DNA of 32,000 nt from Microcystis aeruginosa NIES-843 (GTDB taxonomy: Bacteria; Cyanobacteriota; Cyanobacteriia; Cyanobacteriales; Microcystaceae). The DNA lies in contig NC_010296.1 of assembly GCF_000010625.1 (NCBI RefSeq), positions 1,530,001-1,562,000 on the forward strand. Reading direction: 5' to 3'. A program made the position numbers and the translations under genes. Shown here piece after piece: positions 1 through 8,563 of the stretch. Positions within the stretch are counted from its first letter, which is position 1. Each line of letters begins with the position of its first letter. The notes under the pieces are model-generated. The model did not search any database. It saw only the letters and a list, made by a program, of their open reading frames with translations, and was not told the origin of the DNA.

Positions 1-506
1 CGAGATTACACGAAAAAGTGTCTAATACTCGTAGAGATTGGCATTTTAAGTTAGCTCATTACCTTGGCGATTTTGCTGATAATATCTTCGTTGAGGATAT
101 TAACTTCGTTTCTTGGTCTAGAGGGATCGTTAGAAAACAATCTCTAGATTCAGGCATCGGTAGTTTTATTAATGAGATACTACCGTTTGTTGTTTGGAAA
201 CGGGGGAAATATTATCTTAAAGTCGATAAAAACGGAACTTCCCAGGATTGTCCTAATTGTGGCGCAATTACTGGTAAAAAAGCGTTATCGGAAAGAGTTC
301 ACCGGTGTGATTCTTGCGGCCACATTGAACCGAGAGATACGGCATCAGCGAAGGTAATTGAGAACCGAGGAAAAAACGCGGTCGGACTGACCGTGTTAGA
401 AAACGCTTGCGGAGGCGATTTGACGGGGGTCGTTCAGTTAAACCTGTTTGATCTAGTTAAAAGCCTAAGAACCAAGAATCCCCCGCTACACCGCGCGAGC
501 GGTTAG
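1..506 (+). CDS. tnpB: TnpB-like RNA-guided endonuclease (IS200/IS605-family accessory protein), C-terminal part; 5' end lies outside the window
   Basis: The frame is open from base 3 (RLHEKVSNTRRDWHFKLAHYL...), so the GTG at 18 is not the true start. VEDINF (RuvC-II Glu), the CPNCG...CDSCG zinc ribbon and EPRDTASAKVI (RuvC-III Asp) occur in canonical TnpB order. Confidence 0.8.
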   Translation, partial: RLHEKVSNTRRDWHFKLAHYLGDFADNIFVEDINFVSWSRGIVRKQSLDSGIGSFINEILPFVVWKRGKYYLKVDKNGTSQDCPNCGAITGKKALSERVHRCDSCGHIEPRDTASAKVIENRGKNAVGLTVLENACGGDLTGVVQLNLFDLVKSLRTKNPPLHRASG

Positions 507-545
507 CGGGGGAGAGTCAAAATCAGATCACGCTAATTTGATTGG
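1..545 (+). mobile_element. Right-hand portion of an IS200/IS605-family (IS1341-like, tnpB-only as far as visible) element; the exact right end is not mappable from one copy
   Basis: Rests on the tnpB 3' part plus a 9-bp-stem hairpin, cccccgcta(480-488)/tagcggggg(504-512), that encloses the tnpB stop codon. This is typical of structured IS605-family right ends and omega-RNA scaffolds. The end coordinate is approximate. Confidence 0.5.
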
Positions 546-560
546 TTATGGACCCTATTC

Positions 561-1685
561 ATGTCTATCTCTCTACCCCGTTCAGGTTACACTTTACCGG
601 TTTTTGCCTGTGCCAGTGCGATCGCATCTCTCCAGCATCTCCACGGCGAAAATGAGCTAAATTCCGTTACTTTTAATCTTTTAGAACCGCCAGAAACCGT
701 TACAATTGCCATCGAACAAGTTGCTCGACTTAACCCCGATGCTGCCCTAGCCATCACCCGCAGCGATCCGGGGGACAATTTAGATTTAACTAGAAATACC
801 CCTATATGGGCGTTAGTAGAAAGAAAGACGGGTAATCAAGAGATAGAGATTCAAGGCGGCGAAGGAATCGGCCTACAGGTTGATAATGACGGAAAATCAG
901 CTATCTATAGTTATGCCCAGCGTCTCCTGCAAGAAAACCTCAGACCCCTGTTACTGCCCCAAGAAAGCATCAAAGTGACGATTATCCTGCCGGAAGGCAA
1001 AAAACTGGCCACAAGGACTTCTAACGCCGCTTTTGGGGTAGTAGAGGGATTATCTTTGTTGGGTACCACCGGCATTTCCCAACCCCTGAGCGCCCCCGGA
1101 CAGTTGGAAATCTTTCGCGAGCAATTAAAAATTTTATCCCGTCGTTTCGATCGCTTGGTGTTTTGTATCGGGGAAAATGGCTTAGATTTAGCCCCTCAAA
1201 TGGGTATTAATCCTGATATTTTGGTAAAAACAGCCAATTGGATCGGGCCGATGTTATTAGAGGCACAATTACAGGGAATCTCTGAAATTCTTTTGTTTGG
1301 TTATCACGGTAAATTAATTAAACTTGCCGGGGGAATCTTTCAGACTCACCATCATCTCGCCGATGGTCGTCGGGAAATTCTTACCGCCTACGCCGCTAAA
1401 ATGGGTTTAGCTACCCCCCATCTCCAGCAAATTTTTGACAGTAGCACCAGCGAAAACGGTCTGGAATATCTGCGTCAATTAGACCGGCAAACGGGAGATA
1501 ATTGGGTGGAACGCATCTATGGAGAAATGGCTAATACGATTGATCGCCGTTGCCAAGAATACGTTTATAACCACAGTAACGGTCATCTTGGGGTCGGTTG
1601 TATTTTATTCGATCGCTCTCGTTCTTTGATCAGCAAAAGCGAAAATGGCCTTAAATTTTTGCAGAATCTACAAGTTACCCCCTAG
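561..1685 (+). CDS. cbiD: Cobalt-precorrin-5B (C1)-methyltransferase CbiD
   Basis: 374 aa. N-terminal RSGYTLPVFACASA, then GTTGISQPLS and GYHGKLIKLAGGIFQTHHHLADGRREIL, match the CbiD family pattern (GxxGKxxKLAxGxxxTHS/HxxAD) and its length. Confidence 0.85.
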   Translation: MSISLPRSGYTLPVFACASAIASLQHLHGENELNSVTFNLLEPPETVTIAIEQVARLNPDAALAITRSDPGDNLDLTRNTPIWALVERKTGNQEIEIQGGEGIGLQVDNDGKSAIYSYAQRLLQENLRPLLLPQESIKVTIILPEGKKLATRTSNAAFGVVEGLSLLGTTGISQPLSAPGQLEIFREQLKILSRRFDRLVFCIGENGLDLAPQMGINPDILVKTANWIGPMLLEAQLQGISEILLFGYHGKLIKLAGGIFQTHHHLADGRREILTAYAAKMGLATPHLQQIFDSSTSENGLEYLRQLDRQTGDNWVERIYGEMANTIDRRCQEYVYNHSNGHLGVGCILFDRSRSLISKSENGLKFLQNLQVTP

Positions 1686-1819
1686 TGACCGTGCTATGAT
1701 CGTGGGAATATTTAGTCTTAAAAAATGAAACTAATAAGGCTAAACTATTCTAGCTTATTTTCAGAACAATAGCCGATTTAGTTTACAAATCTTTAACCTT
1801 TTCCTGCCAGTTTCTTTTT

Positions 1820-3454
1820 TTGATCGCAGTGACAACTCAAACCCCCCTTCCCACCCCCCAAGAGACTTTGCCCTCAGAGTCCTTCACTAATAGCCTTAAT
1901 CGTCAAATAATCATCATTCTTGACTTTGGCTCCCAGTATTCTGAATTAATCGCCCGCAGAATCCGGGAAACGAACGTTTACTCCGAAGTTCTCTCCTATC
2001 GTACCAGCGCCGAACAATTGGCCCAAATCAACCCGAAAGGAATAATTCTTTCGGGCGGTCCCAATTCCGTCTATGATCCTGGAGCGCCCCACTGTGATCC
2101 CGAAATTTGGAATTTAGGTGTACCGGTCCTCGGAGTTTGCTACGGGATGCAATTGATGGTACAGCAGTTAGGGGGCAGGGTAGAACGGGCAAAACGGGCC
2201 GAATACGGCAAAGCATCCCTATTTATCAACGATCCTACCGATTTATTAACCAATGTCGAGGACGGTTCCACCGCTTGGATGAGTCACGGGGATTCCTGCG
2301 TGGAATTGCCCGCGGGTTTTGAAATTCTCGCTCATACCGATAATACCGATTGTGCGGCCATTGCCGATCACAAGAAAAAACTCTTTGGAGTGCAGTTTCA
2401 CCCGGAAGTTGTCCATTCTGTGGGAGGAATCGCCTTAATTCGCAATTTCGTCTATCATATCTGCAAATGCGAACCCACTTGGACCACGGAAGCTTTTGTC
2501 GAGGAATCGATCCGAGAAATTAGGGCAAAAGTGGGCGATAAGCGAGTTTTATTGGCTTTATCTGGCGGTGTGGACTCCTCTACCTTAGCATTCCTCTTGC
2601 ATCGAGCGATCGGTGATCAACTAACCTGTATGTTTATCGATCAGGGATTCATGCGTAAGGGTGAACCAGAACGATTAATGCAGATATTTAACGAGCAATT
2701 CCATATTAGAGTTGAGTATGTCAACGCTAGAGAGCGATTTTTAGCGCAAGTGGCCGGTGTCACGGATCCCGAGGAAAAGCGCCGTCGTATCGGCCATGAA
2801 TTTATTCAGGTGTTTGAAGAAGAATCGAATCGTTTGGGACCCTTTGATTATCTGGCCCAAGGAACTTTATATCCCGATGTGATTGAATCGGCCGATAGTA
2901 ATGTGGATCCCAAAACCGGGGAAAGAGTAGCGGTTAAAATTAAAAGTCATCATAACGTTGGTGGACTGCCGAAAAATCTCCGGTTTAAATTAGTCGAACC
3001 CCTGCGAAAATTATTTAAGGATGAGGTGAGAAAATTAGGTCGATCGATCGGTCTTCCAGAAGAAATTGTTCGTCGTCAACCTTTCCCCGGCCCCGGTTTA
3101 GCAATTCGCATTTTAGGGGAAGTGACCGCAGATAAATTAAATATTTTGCGCGATGCAGATTGGGTAGTGCGCGACGAGATTAATAAGCAGGGAATGTATC
3201 ACGATTTCTGGCAAGCTTTCGCGGTTTTATTGCCTGTCCGCAGTGTGGGAGTGATGGGAGATCAACGCACCTACGCTTATCCTATTGTCCTACGTTTAGT
3301 CAGCAGCGAAGACGGAATGACTGCCGATTGGTCGCGGGTTCCCTATGATTTATTGGAGACAATTTCTAATCGCATTGTCAATGAAGTTAAGGGAGTTAAC
3401 CGCGTGGTTTATGATATTACTTCTAAGCCCCCCGGAACTATAGAATGGGAGTAG
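1820..3454 (+). CDS. guaA: GMP synthase (glutamine-hydrolysing)
   Basis: GATase-1 motifs GVCYGMQL and QFHPE, the ATP-pyrophosphatase P-loop SGGVDSS, and the canonical C-terminus KPPGTIEWE. The start is uncertain: TTG at 1820 or GTG at 1829. Confidence 0.95.
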   Translation: MIAVTTQTPLPTPQETLPSESFTNSLNRQIIIILDFGSQYSELIARRIRETNVYSEVLSYRTSAEQLAQINPKGIILSGGPNSVYDPGAPHCDPEIWNLGVPVLGVCYGMQLMVQQLGGRVERAKRAEYGKASLFINDPTDLLTNVEDGSTAWMSHGDSCVELPAGFEILAHTDNTDCAAIADHKKKLFGVQFHPEVVHSVGGIALIRNFVYHICKCEPTWTTEAFVEESIREIRAKVGDKRVLLALSGGVDSSTLAFLLHRAIGDQLTCMFIDQGFMRKGEPERLMQIFNEQFHIRVEYVNARERFLAQVAGVTDPEEKRRRIGHEFIQVFEEESNRLGPFDYLAQGTLYPDVIESADSNVDPKTGERVAVKIKSHHNVGGLPKNLRFKLVEPLRKLFKDEVRKLGRSIGLPEEIVRRQPFPGPGLAIRILGEVTADKLNILRDADWVVRDEINKQGMYHDFWQAFAVLLPVRSVGVMGDQRTYAYPIVLRLVSSEDGMTADWSRVPYDLLETISNRIVNEVKGVNRVVYDITSKPPGTIEWE

Positions 3455-3480
3455 TATTGAATTATTGATTGATTGTTAGT

Positions 3481-3508
3481 CCCGTCCAAATATTGGGGCG
3501 GGATTTTT
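3481..3508 (+). terminator. Rho-independent terminator downstream of guaA
   Basis: Stem cccgtcc(3481-3487)/gggcggg(3496-3502) with one G-U pair, followed by attttt(3503-3508). Confidence 0.6.
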
Positions 3509-3542
3509 GCAGAATAGACAATTGAGGAGATTAATTACTACC

Positions 3543-4784
3543 ATGACACAGTTAGAGATTTTAGAAGAAATAGAAGCGGTGGATTTTGCGGAAGAAGAAG
3601 AAGATATTGAAGGAGAATCAGCAAACCAAAAAAAGCTACAACTCAAAGAAATCTCCGAGACTGTTGTTGCCAGCAGTGATTGGACTACCGCAACGATCCG
3701 CGATCAATTAATTCGAGAAAATATTCAACTCAATCCGCGCTTTCAAAGACGAGATGCTTGGAATATTACTCGTAAAAGTCGATTTATTGAATCCCTAATT
3801 CTAGGGTTTCCAGTCCCACAGATTGTCTTAGCTACTAATAATAAGGAAAAAGGGAAATTTATCGTTCTTGATGGCAAACAACGCCTACTAACAATTTTAC
3901 AGTTTTATGGTGACAGTGCCACACCTAATAATAGTTTTACTTTAAAAGATTTAGAATTTCTAGATAATCTCAATGGCTGCCAATATCAAGATCTAAAAAA
4001 TGACTTCAATTTGAATGATATCTTAGACCAACTGGATAATCAAACTATCCGCACGATTGTTATCCGTAATTGGAAAACGGAGAGTTTCCTCCATAAAATT
4101 TTTCTGCGTCTCAATGTGGAAAATACCCCTTTGTCTTCTCAAGAATTAAGACAAGCATTACACCCAGGAGGTTTTATTAATTTTTTAGATGATCGAGCGA
4201 TCGAAAGTCAAGCATTAAAGAAAATATTTAAATCTTCCTATCCCGATTTCCGGATGCGCGACACTGATATATTATTGCGTTATGTAGCTTTTCATTATTA
4301 TTTATCTGATTATCGCGGTGATGTTCAGATGCTTCTAGATAAAACCTGTCAAAATTTCAATCAAGAATGGGAAAAACGCTCAGATGAAATTATCAATGTT
4401 GTTGATCAATTTGAAAAAGCTGTCCAGACAACGATTAATATTTTTGGAGAGAAAAACTTTTCCCGTCTCTGGCTGCCTGAATCGGCAACTTATCGAAGTC
4501 AGTTCAATCGAGCAATTTTAGATGTGATGGTTTTTTACTTTTGCGATGATCTAATTAGAGCAGCTGCCGAGAAAAACAAAGAACAGGTAGAAGAAGCATT
4601 TAAAAGTTTATTTCTTACTGCCGTTGATCGATTTAAAAATGCTGTATTAATTAGTACAAATACTAAACAATCAACCTATGATCGTTTTCATTTATGGGGT
4701 CAAGCTTTATCAGAAGTATTAGATATTAACTTCAATATTCCTCAGATGGAAGACAATCGTATTATTTTTAAGGGGTTAAGATAG
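3543..4784 (+). CDS. DUF262 (ParB/Srx-fold NTPase-like, GmrSD N-terminal type) domain protein with a helical C-terminal region; no recognisable DUF1524/HNH nuclease domain
   Basis: Motifs NPRFQRRDAWNITRKSRFIESLILGFPVPQIVL and VLDGKQRLLTI (the DGxQR signature of DUF262). I prefer ATG 3543, which has a GAGGAGA 12 nt upstream, over the track's TTG 3507, which overlaps the guaA terminator. The gene is AT-rich relative to guaA. Confidence 0.75.
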   Translation: MTQLEILEEIEAVDFAEEEEDIEGESANQKKLQLKEISETVVASSDWTTATIRDQLIRENIQLNPRFQRRDAWNITRKSRFIESLILGFPVPQIVLATNNKEKGKFIVLDGKQRLLTILQFYGDSATPNNSFTLKDLEFLDNLNGCQYQDLKNDFNLNDILDQLDNQTIRTIVIRNWKTESFLHKIFLRLNVENTPLSSQELRQALHPGGFINFLDDRAIESQALKKIFKSSYPDFRMRDTDILLRYVAFHYYLSDYRGDVQMLLDKTCQNFNQEWEKRSDEIINVVDQFEKAVQTTINIFGEKNFSRLWLPESATYRSQFNRAILDVMVFYFCDDLIRAAAEKNKEQVEEAFKSLFLTAVDRFKNAVLISTNTKQSTYDRFHLWGQALSEVLDINFNIPQMEDNRIIFKGLR

Positions 4785-4797
4785 TTGTTTTTTTACT

Positions 4798-5436
4798 ATG
4801 CCGAAATCTCTAAGATTTAGACAACTAACCAAAGAATTAAATCGACTCAAAAAACAATTCCTACCTCGTAAATTCAGCGAGATAAATGACTATTCTGAAA
4901 GACAATTAGCTTTAACTTTTGCCTATCGAGTTTTTGCTCATGCTGAGATTGAATCTTATCTTGAAGATCGAGTTTGGGATACCGTACAGACAGCAAAAAA
5001 TATCTGGGATAATCAAGGTAAAGCTGGTCGAGTTTTGTTATGTGTAATCGCTTTTTCTGGTCAAGAAATGGAAAATCCTCCCGATACCATTACTCCTCTT
5101 AAAGGTAACAAAAATGTCTCCCTAGACAAACTGAAAATAACTAAAAAAATTGACATAGCGATTAGATGTTTTAAATCAGTTATCGATCAAAATCATGGGA
5201 TTAAAGAAACTAACCTATTAAAATTACTCTTACCAATCGGCATCGATAGTGATGAATTAGATCAAGTTTGGTTACTAAATATGGATACTTTTGGAGAATA
5301 ACGCGGTGAAATCGCTCATTCTTCGGCAAGAAAAACGAAACAACCGCCTAACCCTGCCGACGAATTAGAAAGAGTTAAACAAATTATTCAAGAATTAGAG
5401 AAAGTCGATCAATTGATTACTAACTTGCTCAAGTAA
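4798..5436 (+). pseudogene. HEPN-like (Rx4H) protein gene interrupted by an in-frame TAA at 5299-5301; paralogue of the intact gene at 11669-12748
   Basis: ORF 4798-5301 ends ...NMDTFGE*. The same frame then continues RGEIAHSSARKTKQPPNPADELERVKQIIQELEKVDQLITNLLK* to 5436. RGEIAH (5302-5319) is an Rx4H motif. ETNLLKLLLPIGIDSDE...RGEIAHS parallels KDQLTRLLVDAGISATD...LRNNSAHG in the other copy. Confidence 0.65.
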
Positions 5437-5459
5437 TTGCACTCTTAATAAAACTTAAA

Positions 5460-5489
5460 TTGTTAATTATATCAGAAATACAGTATAAT
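5460..5489 (+). promoter_or_regulatory. Possible sigma70-type promoter for the methyltransferase gene
   Basis: TTGTTA (5460-5465), an 18-nt spacer, then TATAAT (5484-5489), about 33 nt upstream of GTG 5522. Sequence pattern only. Confidence 0.25.
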
Positions 5490-5521
5490 AAAAGGCAGAC
5501 AATAGAGAGCTAATCATCAAA

Positions 5522-6784
5522 GTGAAACATAGACCAATTGCGATCGATTTATTTGCCGGCTGCGGTGGGATGTCCCTTGGTCTAGAAGCGGCGGGATTTG
5601 ATATTGCTGTAGCGGTGGAGTTTGATGCAGTCCATTCCTTGGTTCATCATTTTAACTTTCCCTATTGTCAAACTATTTGCCGGGATATAGCCAAAGTAAC
5701 AAGTAGAGAAATATTGGAATTATTAAAACTAAAAGGCTATGCCACCGATGTTAGTTTAATTGCTGGTGGTCCCCCCTGCCAAGGTTTTTCATTGATTGGT
5801 AAACGACAAATAGATGATCCTAGAAATTCTCTTGTATTTGAATATCTGCGGATTGTAGCAGAAATTAAACCCAAGTATTTTATCTTTGAAAATGTCCCCG
5901 GCATGGCTACGGGTAAACATAAACAATTTTTAGAGGAGTTAATCTCTGAATTTGAAGCTATTGGCTATACAATTAATCAGCCAATTAAAATCCTCGATGC
6001 CAGTGAATATGGCGCACCACAAAAGCGCAGAAGATTAATCTTAATTGGTAGTCGAAAAGACGTGACGATGGCTAAATATCCCTTAGCCAAGACCGTCGAT
6101 TTGAACTCAGCCAAAAAATCAGCTTTTACCAGCGTCTATGATGCGATTTCAGATTTAGAATTAATACCTGCCTTTATCGATACTGATTTAGGCATACCTG
6201 CATCAAAATTAGATTATAGTGGTAAGAGGAAAAAATATTCAGTGCAGCCAGGGGATATTTTTAAACTTTGCCATCAAAGAACAGTAGATACAAAAATCTA
6301 TGGACATATAGGCTCAGTTCATACCCAAAGATCAATTGATAGATTTATCATAACCGAACCGGGTACAGTGGAACCAAAAAGTCGCTTTTTCAAGCTTTCT
6401 CCTACTGGTTTATGTAATACTCTCCGGGCCGGAACTAATAGTGACAAAGGGGCCTATACTGCTCCTAGACCCATTCACTATTCTATTCCTCGTTGTCTTA
6501 CTGTACGAGAAGCCGCCAGATTACATACATTCCCCGATTGGTTTCAGTTTCACCGCACAATATGGCATGGTTTTCGTGAGATTGGTAATGCAGTTATTCC
6601 GCTATTATCGAAAGAACTTGGCTCTTCTGTGATGGGAGCAATGAATATCAATACCGCTAATCTCAACCGAGTTATTTTAGAAAAAATGCCAGCCGAATTA
6701 TTGCTATATAATATGTCTCAAGCATCAAATTATTGGGGAATCTCTGACGATGTTATCCCGAAAAGAAAACGAGGTGTATCTTAG
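5522..6784 (+). CDS. DNA (cytosine-5)-methyltransferase
   Basis: All diagnostic m5C-MTase motifs are present in order: DLFAGCGGMSLG (I), GGPPCQGFS (IV), FIFENVPGM (VI), QKRRRLILIG (VIII), TVREAARLHTFPDWFQF (IX) and GNAVIPLL (X). GTG start. Confidence 0.9.
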   Translation: MKHRPIAIDLFAGCGGMSLGLEAAGFDIAVAVEFDAVHSLVHHFNFPYCQTICRDIAKVTSREILELLKLKGYATDVSLIAGGPPCQGFSLIGKRQIDDPRNSLVFEYLRIVAEIKPKYFIFENVPGMATGKHKQFLEELISEFEAIGYTINQPIKILDASEYGAPQKRRRLILIGSRKDVTMAKYPLAKTVDLNSAKKSAFTSVYDAISDLELIPAFIDTDLGIPASKLDYSGKRKKYSVQPGDIFKLCHQRTVDTKIYGHIGSVHTQRSIDRFIITEPGTVEPKSRFFKLSPTGLCNTLRAGTNSDKGAYTAPRPIHYSIPRCLTVREAARLHTFPDWFQFHRTIWHGFREIGNAVIPLLSKELGSSVMGAMNINTANLNRVILEKMPAELLLYNMSQASNYWGISDDVIPKRKRGVS

Positions 6785-6900
6785 AGACTGTTCGGTATTT
6801 AAATTATACCAAGTCCGTTAGCTGCCAATCGAACTTTAAAAACTCGCTCCCATCTTCTCAGCCTCTTATACTTTTTAAACAGGATTTACTATCATTTTTA

Positions 6901-8520
6901 TTATTCGGGAACCGTCCACCAAGCGAGAGCAAAAGCTTGTTCTTTCTCGTTAACTTGTTGACGATATTGAACCCGAATTTTATAGTTTCCAGAGATGGGG
7001 ACAGGACAAAAAATATGCTCTAAACTATCACTATCACTCAGGGAAGCACAGGTGTATTTAGCATTATTATCCTCCTGGGCAGGTAAAAGATAAACATCTA
7101 AATTATTCAGTCCGCGATCCCGGAAACTTTCATCGAGATCATAGAGATTATTGCGGTTAGTATCGATTAGTTCAACCAAACGATCCCAAGCCAAAGTTAT
7201 CGAAACAAAACTATTAGCTTTTAAGGGCTTCTCTAGGGCATAATCTTGATAACCATTAGCGGTAACTGTAGCGTAATCCCAACCAATAGCAGGAATAGAT
7301 TTTGCGGCCGACCATTGACCATTACTAAACTGTTGGTAGGCGCGAAAAGTGTTAAGATGTCCCGTCCCCATCTGCATATCTAAAGGAATTTTCGGATCTT
7401 TATAAGCATCGGACTCTAACCAAGTTTTTTGGTCTTTAGTTAAGACCGTCCGTCTCATACCTAACCGTAACCCATCGCCCGTATCTTTAATTTTATCGGC
7501 AGCATTAAGCATTACTGCCTTCATCACTTGATGATGACGAGAATCGACGCTCCAATGGGGATTTTTTTGATTAATTTGTTGATCGCCGTATTCTTGTAAA
7601 AGTGCCACGGATGCTGTAATATGAGGAGCGGCGAAACTGGTGCCACTAACGGTATTTAATTTACCTTTGAGGTCATAAAGCTCTATTTTATTGCCAGGAG
7701 CAACTAAATTAATCGACCGTCGCGAACCATCATTAATTTCCCGTTTAATTAAACTGCGACCAATACCCACTGGCAAAGCACTAATATTAGCAAAATCAAC
7801 TTTAGTAAATTTTCCTTCTCTTTTCGCTGTATAGGCGGTAGTAATGCCGTTAAAATGATCGGTGGGAATGGGAATTCCTCCCTTACCTTGATTACCAGCA
7901 ATTACATAAAGAACATCATCAACTCGCGATGACCAATCAACACATTGAGTTAATAAAGCCTGACCATCTAATTTTGGTTCCTGTCGTTGATCTCTTTGCA
8001 AAGATTCCCCAAAACTAAAGTTAATGGCGCGCACATCACCGCTATTTTGTCGGGCAATATTTTGACTAGCCAGACATTCTTCCGGTTGTCCGCCCCGTCG
8101 CAAAGAACCCACCGCCCCCGAATATAATCTCGCTTTTGGGGCCACTCCGGGGATTTTTTTATCATCACTGACCATTACCGTTGCCACCATAGCGGCGTGA
8201 TTATCTAGATAGGTGTTGGGTTTGGCAATTTGATCGCGAAAAAAAACACCGGCTAATTTATAGGGAGGTCGCCAAGCTGCCACTTTATCATAACCGAACT
8301 GAGCCGGTCGGCCGATTTCCACTTGACCGATGGCAATTTTTCGCCCTAATAAATTATAGGGTTCCGCCCGCAGGCGATCGGCATAAATTCCCTGTTCACC
8401 GATGGAATTAGAAAGAACTAGGGAAGGAAGCAGAATTATCGTTACTACTAACCCGACGACAAACCAAAACCCTCTTTTCATCATCAGCAATCCTGCGGCA
8501 GTAAGGTGATACCGATCCAT
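6901..8520 (-). CDS. Secreted subtilisin-like (S8 family) peptidase
   Basis: N-terminal hydrophobic signal/anchor (KRGFWFVVGLVVTIILLPSLVLS), NHAAMVATV (His region), VIAGNQG (oxyanion Asn) and GTSFAAPHITASVALL (catalytic Ser). The start could instead be one of the internal Met codons (MMKRG). Confidence 0.8.
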   Translation of the reverse strand: MDRYHLTAAGLLMMKRGFWFVVGLVVTIILLPSLVLSNSIGEQGIYADRLRAEPYNLLGRKIAIGQVEIGRPAQFGYDKVAAWRPPYKLAGVFFRDQIAKPNTYLDNHAAMVATVMVSDDKKIPGVAPKARLYSGAVGSLRRGGQPEECLASQNIARQNSGDVRAINFSFGESLQRDQRQEPKLDGQALLTQCVDWSSRVDDVLYVIAGNQGKGGIPIPTDHFNGITTAYTAKREGKFTKVDFANISALPVGIGRSLIKREINDGSRRSINLVAPGNKIELYDLKGKLNTVSGTSFAAPHITASVALLQEYGDQQINQKNPHWSVDSRHHQVMKAVMLNAADKIKDTGDGLRLGMRRTVLTKDQKTWLESDAYKDPKIPLDMQMGTGHLNTFRAYQQFSNGQWSAAKSIPAIGWDYATVTANGYQDYALEKPLKANSFVSITLAWDRLVELIDTNRNNLYDLDESFRDRGLNNLDVYLLPAQEDNNAKYTCASLSDSDSLEHIFCPVPISGNYKIRVQYRQQVNEKEQAFALAWWTVPE

Positions 8521-8563
8521 TCTAAGACAGAAATATCAGAAAATACCTAAATCTCTTTTTTGG

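Noticed and set aside
172-357. 61-aa ORF within tnpB and other short overlapping ORFs (587-778, 2028-2322, 6441-6632, 7968-8168, 9315-9566, 17645-18339, 25147-25329, 26207-26398, 27564-28510, 31115-31309)
   Set aside because: All are nested in or antisense to longer ORFs that have clear family motifs. None has independent support.
3507-3542. TTG 3507 as the start of the DUF262 gene
   Set aside because: It overlaps the guaA terminator hairpin and T-run. ATG 3543 has a GAGGAGA Shine-Dalgarno-like sequence upstream and is the more plausible start.
5299-5301. Programmed stop-codon readthrough or recoding at the TAA in the HEPN-like gene
   Set aside because: I could see no recoding signal such as a slippery sequence, downstream structure or SECIS-like element. 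A simple nonsense mutation or a sequencing error is the more economical explanation.
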